From Candidatus Limnocylindrus sp. (GTDB lineage: Bacteria > Chloroflexota > Limnocylindria > Limnocylindrales > Limnocylindraceae), in NCBI GenBank assembly GCA_040397175.1, contig JBBAWM010000007.1, positions 1 to 33,335 on the forward strand: DNA of 33,335 nucleotides, read 5' to 3'. A model generated the notes under the pieces. The model made no database searches. It had not been told where the DNA came from and saw only the letters and a list, made by a program, of their open reading frames with translations. The position numbers were made by a program, and so were the translations under genes. This document shows, piece by piece, positions 1 through 8,378 of this stretch (its first letter is position 1; each line of letters opens with the position of its first letter).

Positions 1-739
1 CGCCACCGACTGGCGTTCGCGTGATGGTCTGAGAAACAACCGGCGTTCCGCCAGTAACGGTGACGGCGTCGGCGTCAGCGGTAATGACGTTAATGGCTGT
101 GGCTATCGGGGTGCCGGGTGTCACCGCGATAGCAGCACCATCGGAGGTAATCGCTAGCGTGTTGCGAGGTGTGCCGGCGGTGATGCTGATCGCCGCCCCA
201 GCGGGCGATATTGCGGTGAAGCCTGCCGTGGATGGTGTGCCACCGGTAAGGGTGATCGCGGCCCCGGCAGGAACTGTTGTCGTGGTGAGTGTGGGTGCAG
301 ACCCAGTGACAGTGATCAGTGCGCCATACACAGCACCAGGCGGTGAAACAGCTACATTAAGCGTCGGTCCCGATCCGGTGACAGTGATGGATGCGGCAGT
401 CGGGCTCAGCCCAGAATTGGTGATGAGTGTCGGTGCGGTTCCGGTGACTGCAATGGCATCACCGGACGTCGTCAGCGTAATCGTGGTAATGAGTAACGGC
501 TCTGTACCGGTCACCGTAATGCGGGCACCAGCAGGAGTGAGAACAGAATTGGTGACCAGTGACGGTGCGGCACCGGTTACCGTGACGGTGGCGGCGGTAG
601 GAGTCAGCGTGTTGGTGGTGGCGGTAGCGGGTGACACCAGATTAGCGCCAAGTGCCCACCACCCGGGGTGATCGGGTGGGCTGTCGGTCCACGCGGTGAA
701 GTCGGAATCAGCCGCGAGTTTTAGAAACTGAATGCTCAT
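1..739 (-). CDS. Minor tail/fibre protein with ~22-aa Thr/Ala/Pro-rich repeats (3' end runs off the window)
   Basis: Not in the ORF track. Hand translation from ATG 739 gives MSIQFLKLAADSDFTAWTDSPPDHPGWWALG..., open to base 1, with repeated units like LTPAGARITVTGTEPLL and LSPTAASITVTGSGPTL. It lies in the tail operon. Confidence 0.75.
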   Translation of the reverse strand, partial: MSIQFLKLAADSDFTAWTDSPPDHPGWWALGANLVSPATATTNTLTPTAATVTVTGAAPSLVTNSVLTPAGARITVTGTEPLLITTITLTTSGDAIAVTGTAPTLITNSGLSPTAASITVTGSGPTLNVAVSPPGAVYGALITVTGSAPTLTTTTVPAGAAITLTGGTPSTAGFTAISPAGAAISITAGTPRNTLAITSDGAAIAVTPGTPIATAINVITADADAVTVTGGTPVVSQTITRTPVGG

Positions 740-751
740 AGGTAGTGGCTA

Positions 752-1417
752 CTACGCCGCAACAACTTCAATAGTGATCTGAGAACCGTAGACAGAAGTC
801 GAAGGCGTGGTTTGCGTTACCGCTGGGGCGCAGTCCGTTATGTTTTTGGTAAGTAATTCCAAAGCCACTAAACTTGTTCTGTTAGCAAATCGTTGGGTGT
901 ATCCCTGTGGTGCCGCGCTGAAATTTGCCGGGGTAGAATTGACCGAGTCACCCCAGCCAAAGAAATGCAAAAGTACAGAAGTGCTGGTCGCTTTCGTTAA
1001 GGTTGTACCGGGAGCAGTCCACGGTATATTTGTGGTTGTTGCAACGGAGTAACCGCCAATGGGGGAAGATGCAGCACGCCGCACTACCGCAACCATCATT
1101 CCGCTAGTGTTTGTCCACGTTCCCGACGTGTGATTGTTTGCAGTAGAAACACAATAATATGCGCGTGCAATTCCAAAACCGCTAGCCGCAGTCTGAACAA
1201 TTGAAGTCCACGTTGGCACGGTGCCACCAGCACTGGCAGCCGCAGGAACTGCCCCGCTTGCCCCAGCCCTAGCGCAAATGACAATAACGTCACCTGATTG
1301 GTGCGTCGGGATGGCGATGCTTGTAGCGTAAGCACTACCAAAGCCCGACAGATAAGCGCCAGGGATAGAGTACGTTAGCGAAGAAACTAACGCGGTTGAC
1401 AGCTTACGAATTGCCAT
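752..1417 (-). CDS. Putative virion structural/minor tail protein (221 aa, S/T/A/G-rich)
   Basis: ORF track. Start overlaps the upstream stop (TAATG). Beta-rich composition, tail-operon position, locally low GC. Confidence 0.65.
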   Translation of the reverse strand: MAIRKLSTALVSSLTYSIPGAYLSGFGSAYATSIAIPTHQSGDVIVICARAGASGAVPAAASAGGTVPTWTSIVQTAASGFGIARAYYCVSTANNHTSGTWTNTSGMMVAVVRRAASSPIGGYSVATTTNIPWTAPGTTLTKATSTSVLLHFFGWGDSVNSTPANFSAAPQGYTQRFANRTSLVALELLTKNITDCAPAVTQTTPSTSVYGSQITIEVVAA

Positions 1418-1746
1418 TAGGTGATCTCTGCACCAAACGCAGTAAACGTTAAATTCGCCGTGCCGCCATACACTGTGATTACATCTGTCGTGGCAAGGCT
1501 AATACCGGCACTGATGTTTATGGAATCATTCGCCGGAATTGGAGTGTCATAAGCAATATAGTGTGAAGTTGCTAAAGTTGCACCGGCAGGCCGAACAGCA
1601 ATACGGAATGTATCGGTGGCTGCCGCCCGATTGCACACGTTAATCGTGCTGATGACCGCACTGGTAGAGGCTGGGACGGTGTACACCGTCGTAGCCGTGG
1701 TCGCTGATGGTGCGCTTTGTCCCAACACTTTGTATGTTGTCGGCAT
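1417..1746 (-). CDS. Small beta-rich virion structural protein (109 aa)
   Basis: GAAAGG RBS before ATG. MPTTYKVLGQSAPSATTATTVYTVPAST...NVCNR resembles small structural proteins of environmental tailed phages (from memory). Confidence 0.7.
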   Translation of the reverse strand: MPTTYKVLGQSAPSATTATTVYTVPASTSAVISTINVCNRAAATDTFRIAVRPAGATLATSHYIAYDTPIPANDSINISAGISLATTDVITVYGGTANLTFTAFGAEIT

Positions 1747-1786
1747 TCCAATCCTTTCTGACGTTCAAGAAATCGATTGGGCAGGC

Positions 1787-2221
1787 TTACGCCATCGTAA
1801 AAACAGGGTTTGAACTGGTGTTATCCGATTTCACGGTGATTGAATTTCCTGCGGCCACGGTCACGTCGGCGGGAGCGGAGTCCAAAAGCGAAAAGGCCAC
1901 CACGTTAGATCCGGTCTTGTACAAGACAGCCCACCTAGCAACGATGCTTCCGCCACTCGCGGTCCACGACGGGTTGGAACTAAAGTAGACGGCCACCGAA
2001 GTGGTACCAGTCTGCGACAAAGTGACCGCCACGCCAGTGCTGGCGTAACCGTTTGCATTCGCAACTTCGTTAGTGACACCCGCCCAAGTCGTGGACGATG
2101 CCGAAATGTTTGATGTGGAAGTTACCAATGCAACTTTGTAGCCCGAGCCCACCACAAAGGTGCCGTTCAGGATGTCGGCCCTTGCGCCGTTAACAAGAGT
2201 CCATGCTCCAGGTGCAGCCAC
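1787..2221 (-). CDS. Virion structural/tail-fibre-associated protein (144 aa)
   Basis: AAGGAG RBS before GTG. Pattern YKVALVT...NEVANANGY...PSWTASGGSIVARWAVLY is typical of a widespread phage tail-region family. Confidence 0.7.
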   Translation of the reverse strand: MAAPGAWTLVNGARADILNGTFVVGSGYKVALVTSTSNISASSTTWAGVTNEVANANGYASTGVAVTLSQTGTTSVAVYFSSNPSWTASGGSIVARWAVLYKTGSNVVAFSLLDSAPADVTVAAGNSITVKSDNTSSNPVFTMA

Positions 2222-2248
2222 TTCAGTTCTCCTTCAGAGTTGTGCGTT

Positions 2249-2530
2249 TCACCAAGGCTCCACGCGAGGTTGGACAATCAGATTCTTGGTAACCGAGAAC
2301 GTTTCGTTCGAACTGGTGTTGATCAGACACGTCACTGCATAGCTGTTGCCAGCAGTACCACCGGACAGTCGGACCCGGGCCACTTGGCCGGTGAAATCGG
2401 TTGCGCCCACCGTCAATCCCGCATCGGCGGTCACGGTCACCGACGAGATCAGTTCACTAGCCGACAGGAAGTTTGACCAGTCGATAAAGTAATCAGCCAC
2501 ATCGGCAGGGCTCTTGGGACTCCACGACAT
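2249..2530 (-). CDS. Putative fibre/tail adaptor protein (93 aa)
   Basis: Start reassigned to ATG 2530 behind AGGAG. KSPADVADYFIDW...RLSGGTAGNSY.VTC.I.TS matches the 'KDP..vlDY.iDW...wLSGG..G..Y' phage adaptor pattern. Confidence 0.7.
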   Translation of the reverse strand: MSWSPKSPADVADYFIDWSNFLSASELISSVTVTADAGLTVGATDFTGQVARVRLSGGTAGNSYAVTCLINTSSNETFSVTKNLIVQPRVEPW

Positions 2531-2538
2531 GAGTTCTC

Positions 2539-2628
2539 CTATAACCAAAGGTCGGTGATGGCGGCAGCGGTGAGTAGCACCACGGTGGAATAAATGCCGA
2601 TGGCGGTCAGGGTGTCGGCGATCATCAT
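2539..2628 (-). CDS. Micro membrane protein (29 aa, MMIADTLTAIGIYSTVVLLTAAAITDLWL)
   Basis: Hand-translated. ATGA overlap with the upstream micro-ORF; its TAG stop overlaps the next gene's RBS; one hydrophobic stretch. Confidence 0.45.
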   Translation of the reverse strand: MMIADTLTAIGIYSTVVLLTAAAITDLWL

Positions 2629-2738
2629 TCCCAGTCTGGCCAATACGAGTCGTCACACAATGTGTTGACGGCTGCATAGATGAACCCAGCCCAAAACACT
2701 GCTGCGATGGAAGCGGCTACAGCGATTTTTCGGCACAT
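2625..2738 (-). CDS. Micro membrane protein (37 aa, MCRKIAVAASIAAVFWAGFIYAAVNTLCDDSYWPDWE)
   Basis: Hand-translated. Starts 2 nt after the SGNH gene stop; basic N-terminus, one TM-like segment, acidic tail. Confidence 0.5.
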   Translation of the reverse strand: MCRKIAVAASIAAVFWAGFIYAAVNTLCDDSYWPDWE

Positions 2739-2740
2739 GA

Positions 2741-3856
2741 TCAGTTCACTGGTTTGATGATCGTGAATGCGCCGGCTGCTTTGACCTTCGGCGTGATCGG
2801 GTAGAACTGATCAATAAGCCGATATCTGATGTTGCCGCTTGTTCTCGCCGTAAAAGGATCAACCGCAATTCCTGCGATTGTTCCGGTGTATCGCTGAGTT
2901 GCGTCCGGCAGATTACCGTTCGCCGCGTTGACGGTGAAGTCGTAGCTGCCAGCATTTGTGGGTGTTCCCGCGAGCAGGCCGGAAGATTTGTCTAGCGTCA
3001 GCCCGCCGGGAAGCATTCCGCCGGTCACCGTCCAGGTGACCGGTGTAGTGCTAGTTGCGGACAGTCGTTGTCCGCTGCCTACTCCGACTGCTAGCGGCTG
3101 CAATATTGACGTGGTGATCGTCGGCGGGGTGATATCGGTGGCGAATAACTGTCCTAGCATCCACGTCGCTTCAAGGCGATAGCCCGCCGCGTTGGGGTGC
3201 AAACCGTCCGACATGTACGAAGACGGGGTGCTGGTGTTTGCGATGGCCTGACGTAGATCTAACGCCCACACAAGCGGGTTTGATGGGCTTTGCAGAAGTG
3301 GCGTGGTGAACGGTATTGACTGCCCAACAAGGTCGTTCATCATCCTTGACTGACCGGCAAGGTAGGTGGCGGCGGGAGTGCCGTAGGTGTAGTTCGACAT
3401 GGGGATGATGACAATGTCATTCCACTTATCCAATGCCGTAGATATGAACGTTTGCATCGCGGTGGAAAGTTGGGCAGGCGTCAGTGCCCCCAGCCCCATG
3501 TCATTTAGGCCGGATCTGATCAGAACTATGTCAGGGCGAACGGCAAGGCTGACAGGAATTCCAGCTGTTTGATACGCAGTTGTGGTGCCGCCCAGACTGT
3601 AATTCGCCATGACCATCTTCGGTGCTGAAGATCCAAGCGAAGACCGATACCACGATGATCCTGTTTGCGATGTCACGTTGATGTCCAGCTTCGCCCCGAT
3701 GAACGCGGCTAAACGACCAATCCACGATGTAGCAAAAGCGAAACCGTCGCCACCAAAGTCACCGACACCCTGAACCGTTGAGTCGCCAACACAGGTGATC
3801 CGGGTGCCTAAACCTGCCGCGATCTTGGCCAGCAGAACATCGGTGGGCAGGGTCAT
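2741..3856 (-). CDS. SGNH/GDSL hydrolase with C-terminal putative Ig domain (371 aa), tail-associated esterase candidate
   Basis: All four SGNH blocks present: CVGDSTVQG, YSLGGTT, RSGLND, SDGLHPNAAGY. Then LPGGLTLDKSSGLLAGTPT..GSYDFTVNAAN (putative Ig). Start at ATG 3856 by ATGA overlap. Confidence 0.85.
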   Translation of the reverse strand: MTLPTDVLLAKIAAGLGTRITCVGDSTVQGVGDFGGDGFAFATSWIGRLAAFIGAKLDINVTSQTGSSWYRSSLGSSAPKMVMANYSLGGTTTAYQTAGIPVSLAVRPDIVLIRSGLNDMGLGALTPAQLSTAMQTFISTALDKWNDIVIIPMSNYTYGTPAATYLAGQSRMMNDLVGQSIPFTTPLLQSPSNPLVWALDLRQAIANTSTPSSYMSDGLHPNAAGYRLEATWMLGQLFATDITPPTITTSILQPLAVGVGSGQRLSATSTTPVTWTVTGGMLPGGLTLDKSSGLLAGTPTNAGSYDFTVNAANGNLPDATQRYTGTIAGIAVDPFTARTSGNIRYRLIDQFYPITPKVKAAGAFTIIKPVN

Positions 3857-6228
3857 GTTGTGCTTAAGTTCACGGCTGCGCCCGCCCAAGGACCACCCAC
3901 GCTCGTCGCCGCAAACGTTGTTGTTGATGATGAACTAACGGCATCACCCATAACGAAGCTCTGATACCAAACATTCAAGAAACCGGCCTGGTTTTCCCGT
4001 TGGGACTTGCTATACCCAGAGATCGCACCACCCACGCTCTGGTATGTACCAAACGCTTGGGAAACCACGTTTCCAGCAGCGGACGTAACCGACTGAGACA
4101 GTGCAGTTCCAGAACTAGAACTGGACACCAACGCTCCGATTGACGCTACGTTGGCGTAAGCCGCCGACTGAATGCGCCAAGCGATGTTACTGACCGTGGA
4201 GGAAATCGAGATGGCTTTCACACCAGCATCCACACCAGTCAGCGTTAAGCACACCAAGCCCATTCGTGCGCCAGCAGATTGGTAAGGCACTTCACCCTTA
4301 ACGGTCATCGAAACACCGCCGTAAGTGCCGGCAAATGTGGGGACGGAATTGCCGCCTGCGTTGACGTATTCGACCCACACCACAACGGCATCCCCGGCAG
4401 TAGCCGAAGGGCCATTCGCGGTGATAGTGCCACCGCTCCCAGTGTTAAAGGTTCCCAAAGCACGGAACGATGCGCTTGGGCTAGAAACAGTTCCCGTAAA
4501 TGACCTGTCCGCAAAGGACGATGCGCCGTTGGTTAGGCGAATAGTCACACTGTAGGAACCACTCACTGTTGGTGTACCCGAGATGACACCAGTAGAGGTG
4601 TTCAAAGACAACCCTGTCGGGAGGGCACCGGATTGAATTGCGAACACCAGGGTGGGATAGCCGGTAGCCGTCAGCGTTTGGGAGAACGCAGTTCCTAACG
4701 TGATTGTATTCAGGGTGGACTCAGCGATAGCCGGGGTGGACTCAACGGTTGTTCCGCTGTACGTCTTGTCGTTAGTTCCGTAAGAGTTTGTGGCCCGGAC
4801 GATGGCACTGTACGAACCAGTGACGGTGGCGGTACCTGAGATGACTCCTGTAGAAGTGTTGAGAGACAACCCTGTGGGGAGGGCACCGGAGACAACCGCC
4901 CATGAAGTGGGTGTGCCGGTGGCGGCGAGAGTCTGTGAGAACGCCATTGACCTGTAGATGGTGTTCAACGTTGTTGTTGTTATGGCCGGTGCGGCACCGA
5001 CAACAGATCCGGTGAATGCTTGGTTGCTGAACCCGGCGTCGTTCGTGGCCCTGATGGTGAAGCTGTACGACCCAGCGGCAGTCGGAGTGCCCGAGATGAC
5101 ACCAGACGCAGTGTTGAGAGACAACCCGGTGGGGAGCGTGCCAGAGTTGACAGACCATGTGATCGGAACTGAACCTGACGCATTGATGACTTGCGAGTAT
5201 TGCGATCCGATTGACACGGTTCCGCTCAGCGCCGTTGTGGTGATGGTCGGTGCCACAGCAGCGCTGATTGTTCCGGTGTATGTCTTGGTGTTAGATCCGA
5301 ATCCGTTGGTTGCTGCCACGGTGAAGTTGTAAGAACCGGCTGCCGTAGGGATTCCGTATAACTCCCCCGCTGATGACAGCGTGAGTCCTGCGGTTAGCGT
5401 GCCGGCGGTGACTGTCCACAGGATGGGTGCTGTGCCGGAAGTCAGCAGCATTTGACTGGAATAAATGCCTTGCGACAAGCTGCCCAGGGTAGTTGTGCTG
5501 ATCGTGGGTGGGGTGCCCGATGTGTCCATCCACACGTCACCGTTAATGGCGTTGGTGGGTTGCACGGAACCGATCCAAATCACTGCCACAGTTACTGCTG
5601 GCCTTACATACGCTGCGTTGTTTCCGTGAGTAACAGTGCTGTTGTAGCTGTTCGACGGTAGGAACGGGGTGCCGACAGCGACAGGCCCGGATGCCGATTC
5701 AACCAGCGCCTGGACGTAGGTGCCGTCTAGGGCCGGTGTTAACCCGATGATGCCGTAGCCGCGATCACCCTTTGGGCCTTGCGGCAGCAACTTCGACGTA
5801 GACACTGTTCCGGTAGCCTGTAACACGTTTGCAAGTTGGATGACAACGTCGGTGCTGGGTGCGGTGAAATATCCGTGATCAACGTTGACCTTGTCGCCAA
5901 GCGGTGTACGAAGGTCAAACTCAACTTTGTAGTTGAGGCTGTCGAGTTTGAGCACAGGGTCGTTGGCCCACAGGCGGACGCCGATAGCGCCGGAGCGTTC
6001 CGATTTCAGCCGGCCGTCAACGTCGATGTATCCGGTGAAAGCCTGCAGTTTGAAACCAGCCGGACGCGGCGAATACGTCGGAGCCAGTACCGGCCTGTTG
6101 TCTGTAGTCAGTGGTGTGAAGGTCACAGTGCCTATCAGCGGCACGATGTCGGCGTCTATGCCTGAATCGGAGGAGTCGGTCTGCGATGCGAACAGATCGT
6201 AGTTGACGGTGAAGTTGGTGATGCTCAC
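3853..6228 (-). CDS. Minor tail/adhesin protein (791 aa) with four putative Ig (He_PIG-like) repeats
   Basis: N-terminal baseplate-anchor-like region (PLIGTVTFTP...GVRLWAND), short GPKGDRG collagen-like linker, WIGSVQPTNAINGDVW motif, four GxLPTGLSLNTxxGVISGTPT..GSY-type repeats, beta-rich C-terminal domain. Confidence 0.85.
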   Translation of the reverse strand: MSITNFTVNYDLFASQTDSSDSGIDADIVPLIGTVTFTPLTTDNRPVLAPTYSPRPAGFKLQAFTGYIDVDGRLKSERSGAIGVRLWANDPVLKLDSLNYKVEFDLRTPLGDKVNVDHGYFTAPSTDVVIQLANVLQATGTVSTSKLLPQGPKGDRGYGIIGLTPALDGTYVQALVESASGPVAVGTPFLPSNSYNSTVTHGNNAAYVRPAVTVAVIWIGSVQPTNAINGDVWMDTSGTPPTISTTTLGSLSQGIYSSQMLLTSGTAPILWTVTAGTLTAGLTLSSAGELYGIPTAAGSYNFTVAATNGFGSNTKTYTGTISAAVAPTITTTALSGTVSIGSQYSQVINASGSVPITWSVNSGTLPTGLSLNTASGVISGTPTAAGSYSFTIRATNDAGFSNQAFTGSVVGAAPAITTTTLNTIYRSMAFSQTLAATGTPTSWAVVSGALPTGLSLNTSTGVISGTATVTGSYSAIVRATNSYGTNDKTYSGTTVESTPAIAESTLNTITLGTAFSQTLTATGYPTLVFAIQSGALPTGLSLNTSTGVISGTPTVSGSYSVTIRLTNGASSFADRSFTGTVSSPSASFRALGTFNTGSGGTITANGPSATAGDAVVVWVEYVNAGGNSVPTFAGTYGGVSMTVKGEVPYQSAGARMGLVCLTLTGVDAGVKAISISSTVSNIAWRIQSAAYANVASIGALVSSSSSGTALSQSVTSAAGNVVSQAFGTYQSVGGAISGYSKSQRENQAGFLNVWYQSFVMGDAVSSSSTTTFAATSVGGPWAGAAVNLSTT
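4577..5145. repeat. Three similar ~56-bp direct repeats encoding the Ig repeat cores
   Basis: Copies at 4577-4632, 4835-4890 and 5090-5145 (spacing 258 and 255 nt), consensus like ccYgagatgacaccag..gtgttgagagacaacc..t.gggag. Confidence 0.8.
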
Positions 6229-6494
6229 GCGGCCACCTCGTATCCTGCGGTGATTTCAGCGTCAGACAGTTTCCGTAAACCGCCATCTACGACAAGCCAG
6301 TCACCGATTTCGACGGTGACTTGGCGTGTGGGGTTGTCGGCGTTCAACTCCAGCCGCCAGCCTTCCCCCACTGGGGCTAGGGCTCCGCGCCACCCATCAC
6401 CGGACAGGGCTCCCAGGGCGTCCAGCATTTCGGTTTGGTCCGTAAGATGCCACGCCGTAATTGGGGTGGGTTTGCGGGTCAACGTCACAGACAC
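6225..6494 (-). CDS. Hypothetical tail-region protein (89 aa)
   Basis: AGGAG RBS; GTGA overlap with the downstream gene. Confidence 0.7.
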   Translation of the reverse strand: MSVTLTRKPTPITAWHLTDQTEMLDALGALSGDGWRGALAPVGEGWRLELNADNPTRQVTVEIGDWLVVDGGLRKLSDAEITAGYEVAA

Positions 6495-6503
6495 TGTGTT
6501 CTC

Positions 6504-7517
6504 CTAAATGCTGGTGGGCTTGCGATCCGCTGCGGCCCACAGATCGATGGCACCGGGTGCGGTTTGGGTCAGGTTGAAGAAACGATTACCGGCGAATGCG
6601 GCGACACCGCAATACAAGTTGGATGATCCGTAGGCACTGCTGGTGTCGGTGTAGGACAGCCGGTTGATGCCGTTCTGCTTCACCACGAAGTAGAGCGGAT
6701 TGTTACTGGTGCCGTCATAGCCGCCGAGATATAGCGAGAACTGATCCCCTGGATTGGTGGTGATTGACGTTGACGCCCACACCCCACCCCACGGAACCGT
6801 GGTGCGCGACGAGCCTGGGGTGACCTTGCCGATAGCCAAATCGTTGTTCCCGATCCGGGCGTACACAAACTCTGTGCCGGCCGCATTCATCCGCCCCAGC
6901 AGATACAGGTAGGCGTCTTCAAACAGTGGGCTGTCGGGCGGGGTAGATACCACTGCGAACACGGCTTGGTAGTCGGTAGCCAACGCAGTACTAAACCGGT
7001 AGACATCTTGCCGTGACAGGAACCCAGACTTTTTCCACACCGCCTGCCCAGACCCGTTAGGTCCGAACGTTCCCCCACCCGCACCATCCGTGGATGTGCT
7101 GGAAGTGACCCGGGTCCAGCTAGTAGAACTGAGGTTGGCTGCGTTGGCCCCGCTGAACCCATCATTGACCGATACGCCGCCGGCAACATCCGACGCCAAC
7201 GCGGCACCGGTCAGGATGGTGATCTGCTTGTTGGCGTAGTTCGCCGAGTTCTGGGCGTTAAATGCATTGTCGTAAGCCTTCTTCGCCCTGTCCTGTAGTG
7301 CGTAACCCCACTCCGTGAGCGAAGCAAAAGGGCGAACCCCAAGGATGTTGATCGAGCCCAGCGCCAACGCCACTTGCGCCAACGTCAAATCAAGGATGAT
7401 CTCCCCGATAACACCGACCTGGGCGGGCGTTAACGGCTGCACACCTTTGACCGCAGGCGGCGGAATGTGAACCGTGGTAGAAGGATTTACCTTGCTACCC
7501 CAATCCGGGTATGTCAT
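6504..7517 (-). CDS. Minor tail protein (337 aa)
   Basis: ATGA-coupled. N-terminal helical segment followed by a beta-sandwich-like region; position after the hub genes. Confidence 0.75.
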   Translation of the reverse strand: MTYPDWGSKVNPSTTVHIPPPAVKGVQPLTPAQVGVIGEIILDLTLAQVALALGSINILGVRPFASLTEWGYALQDRAKKAYDNAFNAQNSANYANKQITILTGAALASDVAGGVSVNDGFSGANAANLSSTSWTRVTSSTSTDGAGGGTFGPNGSGQAVWKKSGFLSRQDVYRFSTALATDYQAVFAVVSTPPDSPLFEDAYLYLLGRMNAAGTEFVYARIGNNDLAIGKVTPGSSRTTVPWGGVWASTSITTNPGDQFSLYLGGYDGTSNNPLYFVVKQNGINRLSYTDTSSAYGSSNLYCGVAAFAGNRFFNLTQTAPGAIDLWAAADRKPTSI

Positions 7518-8368
7518 GGGATCGGAACAACCTCAACCATGAACGTGGTCGTTGACTTCGACGTGGTGAACGTCTGTGTGGTGCTGGCCTGTTGTTCGGC
7601 ACGCAGATACACCACCGTGGCAGTGCCGGCAGAAATCTTGCCCACCGTCGAAGCGGACCCGGCAGGCACACCGGAAACCAACAGGACACGGTCGGTGCTA
7701 CCCGCTAGGCCGAAGCCCCGGCCCACCACGTCACCGCCGCTAGCGGTACCCACGCGGGCGATCAGATCAACGCGGCTATCCGAACCCGAACTGGTGATCA
7801 CCGATTGGGCGTGAACCCGCAGCCGGTAGTCAAACGCTGGGGCGGGGCTGATGCTCACCGAACACAACGTTCGTGCAGAGCCGTCAGTGTCGGTGGTGTT
7901 GGCAATGGTGGCTGGCCAGTACTGCCCACCCACCTTTGGGGCGATCCATGTTGCCTGCGCCGAACCCACCTTCTTTGACAGCAGATAACCGTCCGTGGCG
8001 GTGCCGGTCACATCCGATGCAGTCAGGATCGTAGATGTTCCCGAGGTACCCGGGGCACCCTTATGGATGTTCAATGTCAGCCGGTACACCGGGGATGTGG
8101 TGTAATCTCCCGGAGTAATCGTTGTCCAGGTTGCCGAATCAGCAGTGGGGTCGTTGTAGGCCAGGGCGTTCAGGACGATGGTGGAATCTATTTCGGCGTG
8201 CTTACCGGGATCGCCTTTTACCAGGGCGGGGATTTGTGCAACACCACCGGGCGGGCCCAGCATGATGACCGCCGCCTTCGATGCGGGATCGAAGGTCTTG
8301 GGGATGCGGACTTCGCCGTTCCAGATGTAATAGTGTTCGTCGTCAGTCGTCCATGTAGAAACGGCCAT
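7514..8368 (-). CDS. Minor tail protein (284 aa)
   Basis: AGGAG RBS. IPALVKGDPG and YRLTLNIHKGAPG motifs typical of mycobacteriophage minor tail proteins; synteny. Confidence 0.8.
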   Translation of the reverse strand: MAVSTWTTDDEHYYIWNGEVRIPKTFDPASKAAVIMLGPPGGVAQIPALVKGDPGKHAEIDSTIVLNALAYNDPTADSATWTTITPGDYTTSPVYRLTLNIHKGAPGTSGTSTILTASDVTGTATDGYLLSKKVGSAQATWIAPKVGGQYWPATIANTTDTDGSARTLCSVSISPAPAFDYRLRVHAQSVITSSGSDSRVDLIARVGTASGGDVVGRGFGLAGSTDRVLLVSGVPAGSASTVGKISAGTATVVYLRAEQQASTTQTFTTSKSTTTFMVEVVPIP

Positions 8369-8378
8369 GCGTGGGCTC

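Noticed and set aside
60-671. 203-aa repetitive + strand ORF
   Set aside because: Antisense shadow of the minus-strand repeat protein at 1-739, which fits the operon direction.
2531-2677. His/Arg-rich N-terminal extension of ORF 2249-2677
   Set aside because: A clear RBS precedes ATG 2530, and the extension is an off-frame reading of the micro-ORFs.
4577-5145. Repeats in a tail adhesin as a diversity-generating retroelement (TR/VR)
   Set aside because: They are in-frame coding domain repeats, mismatches are not adenine-specific, and no reverse transcriptase is in the window.
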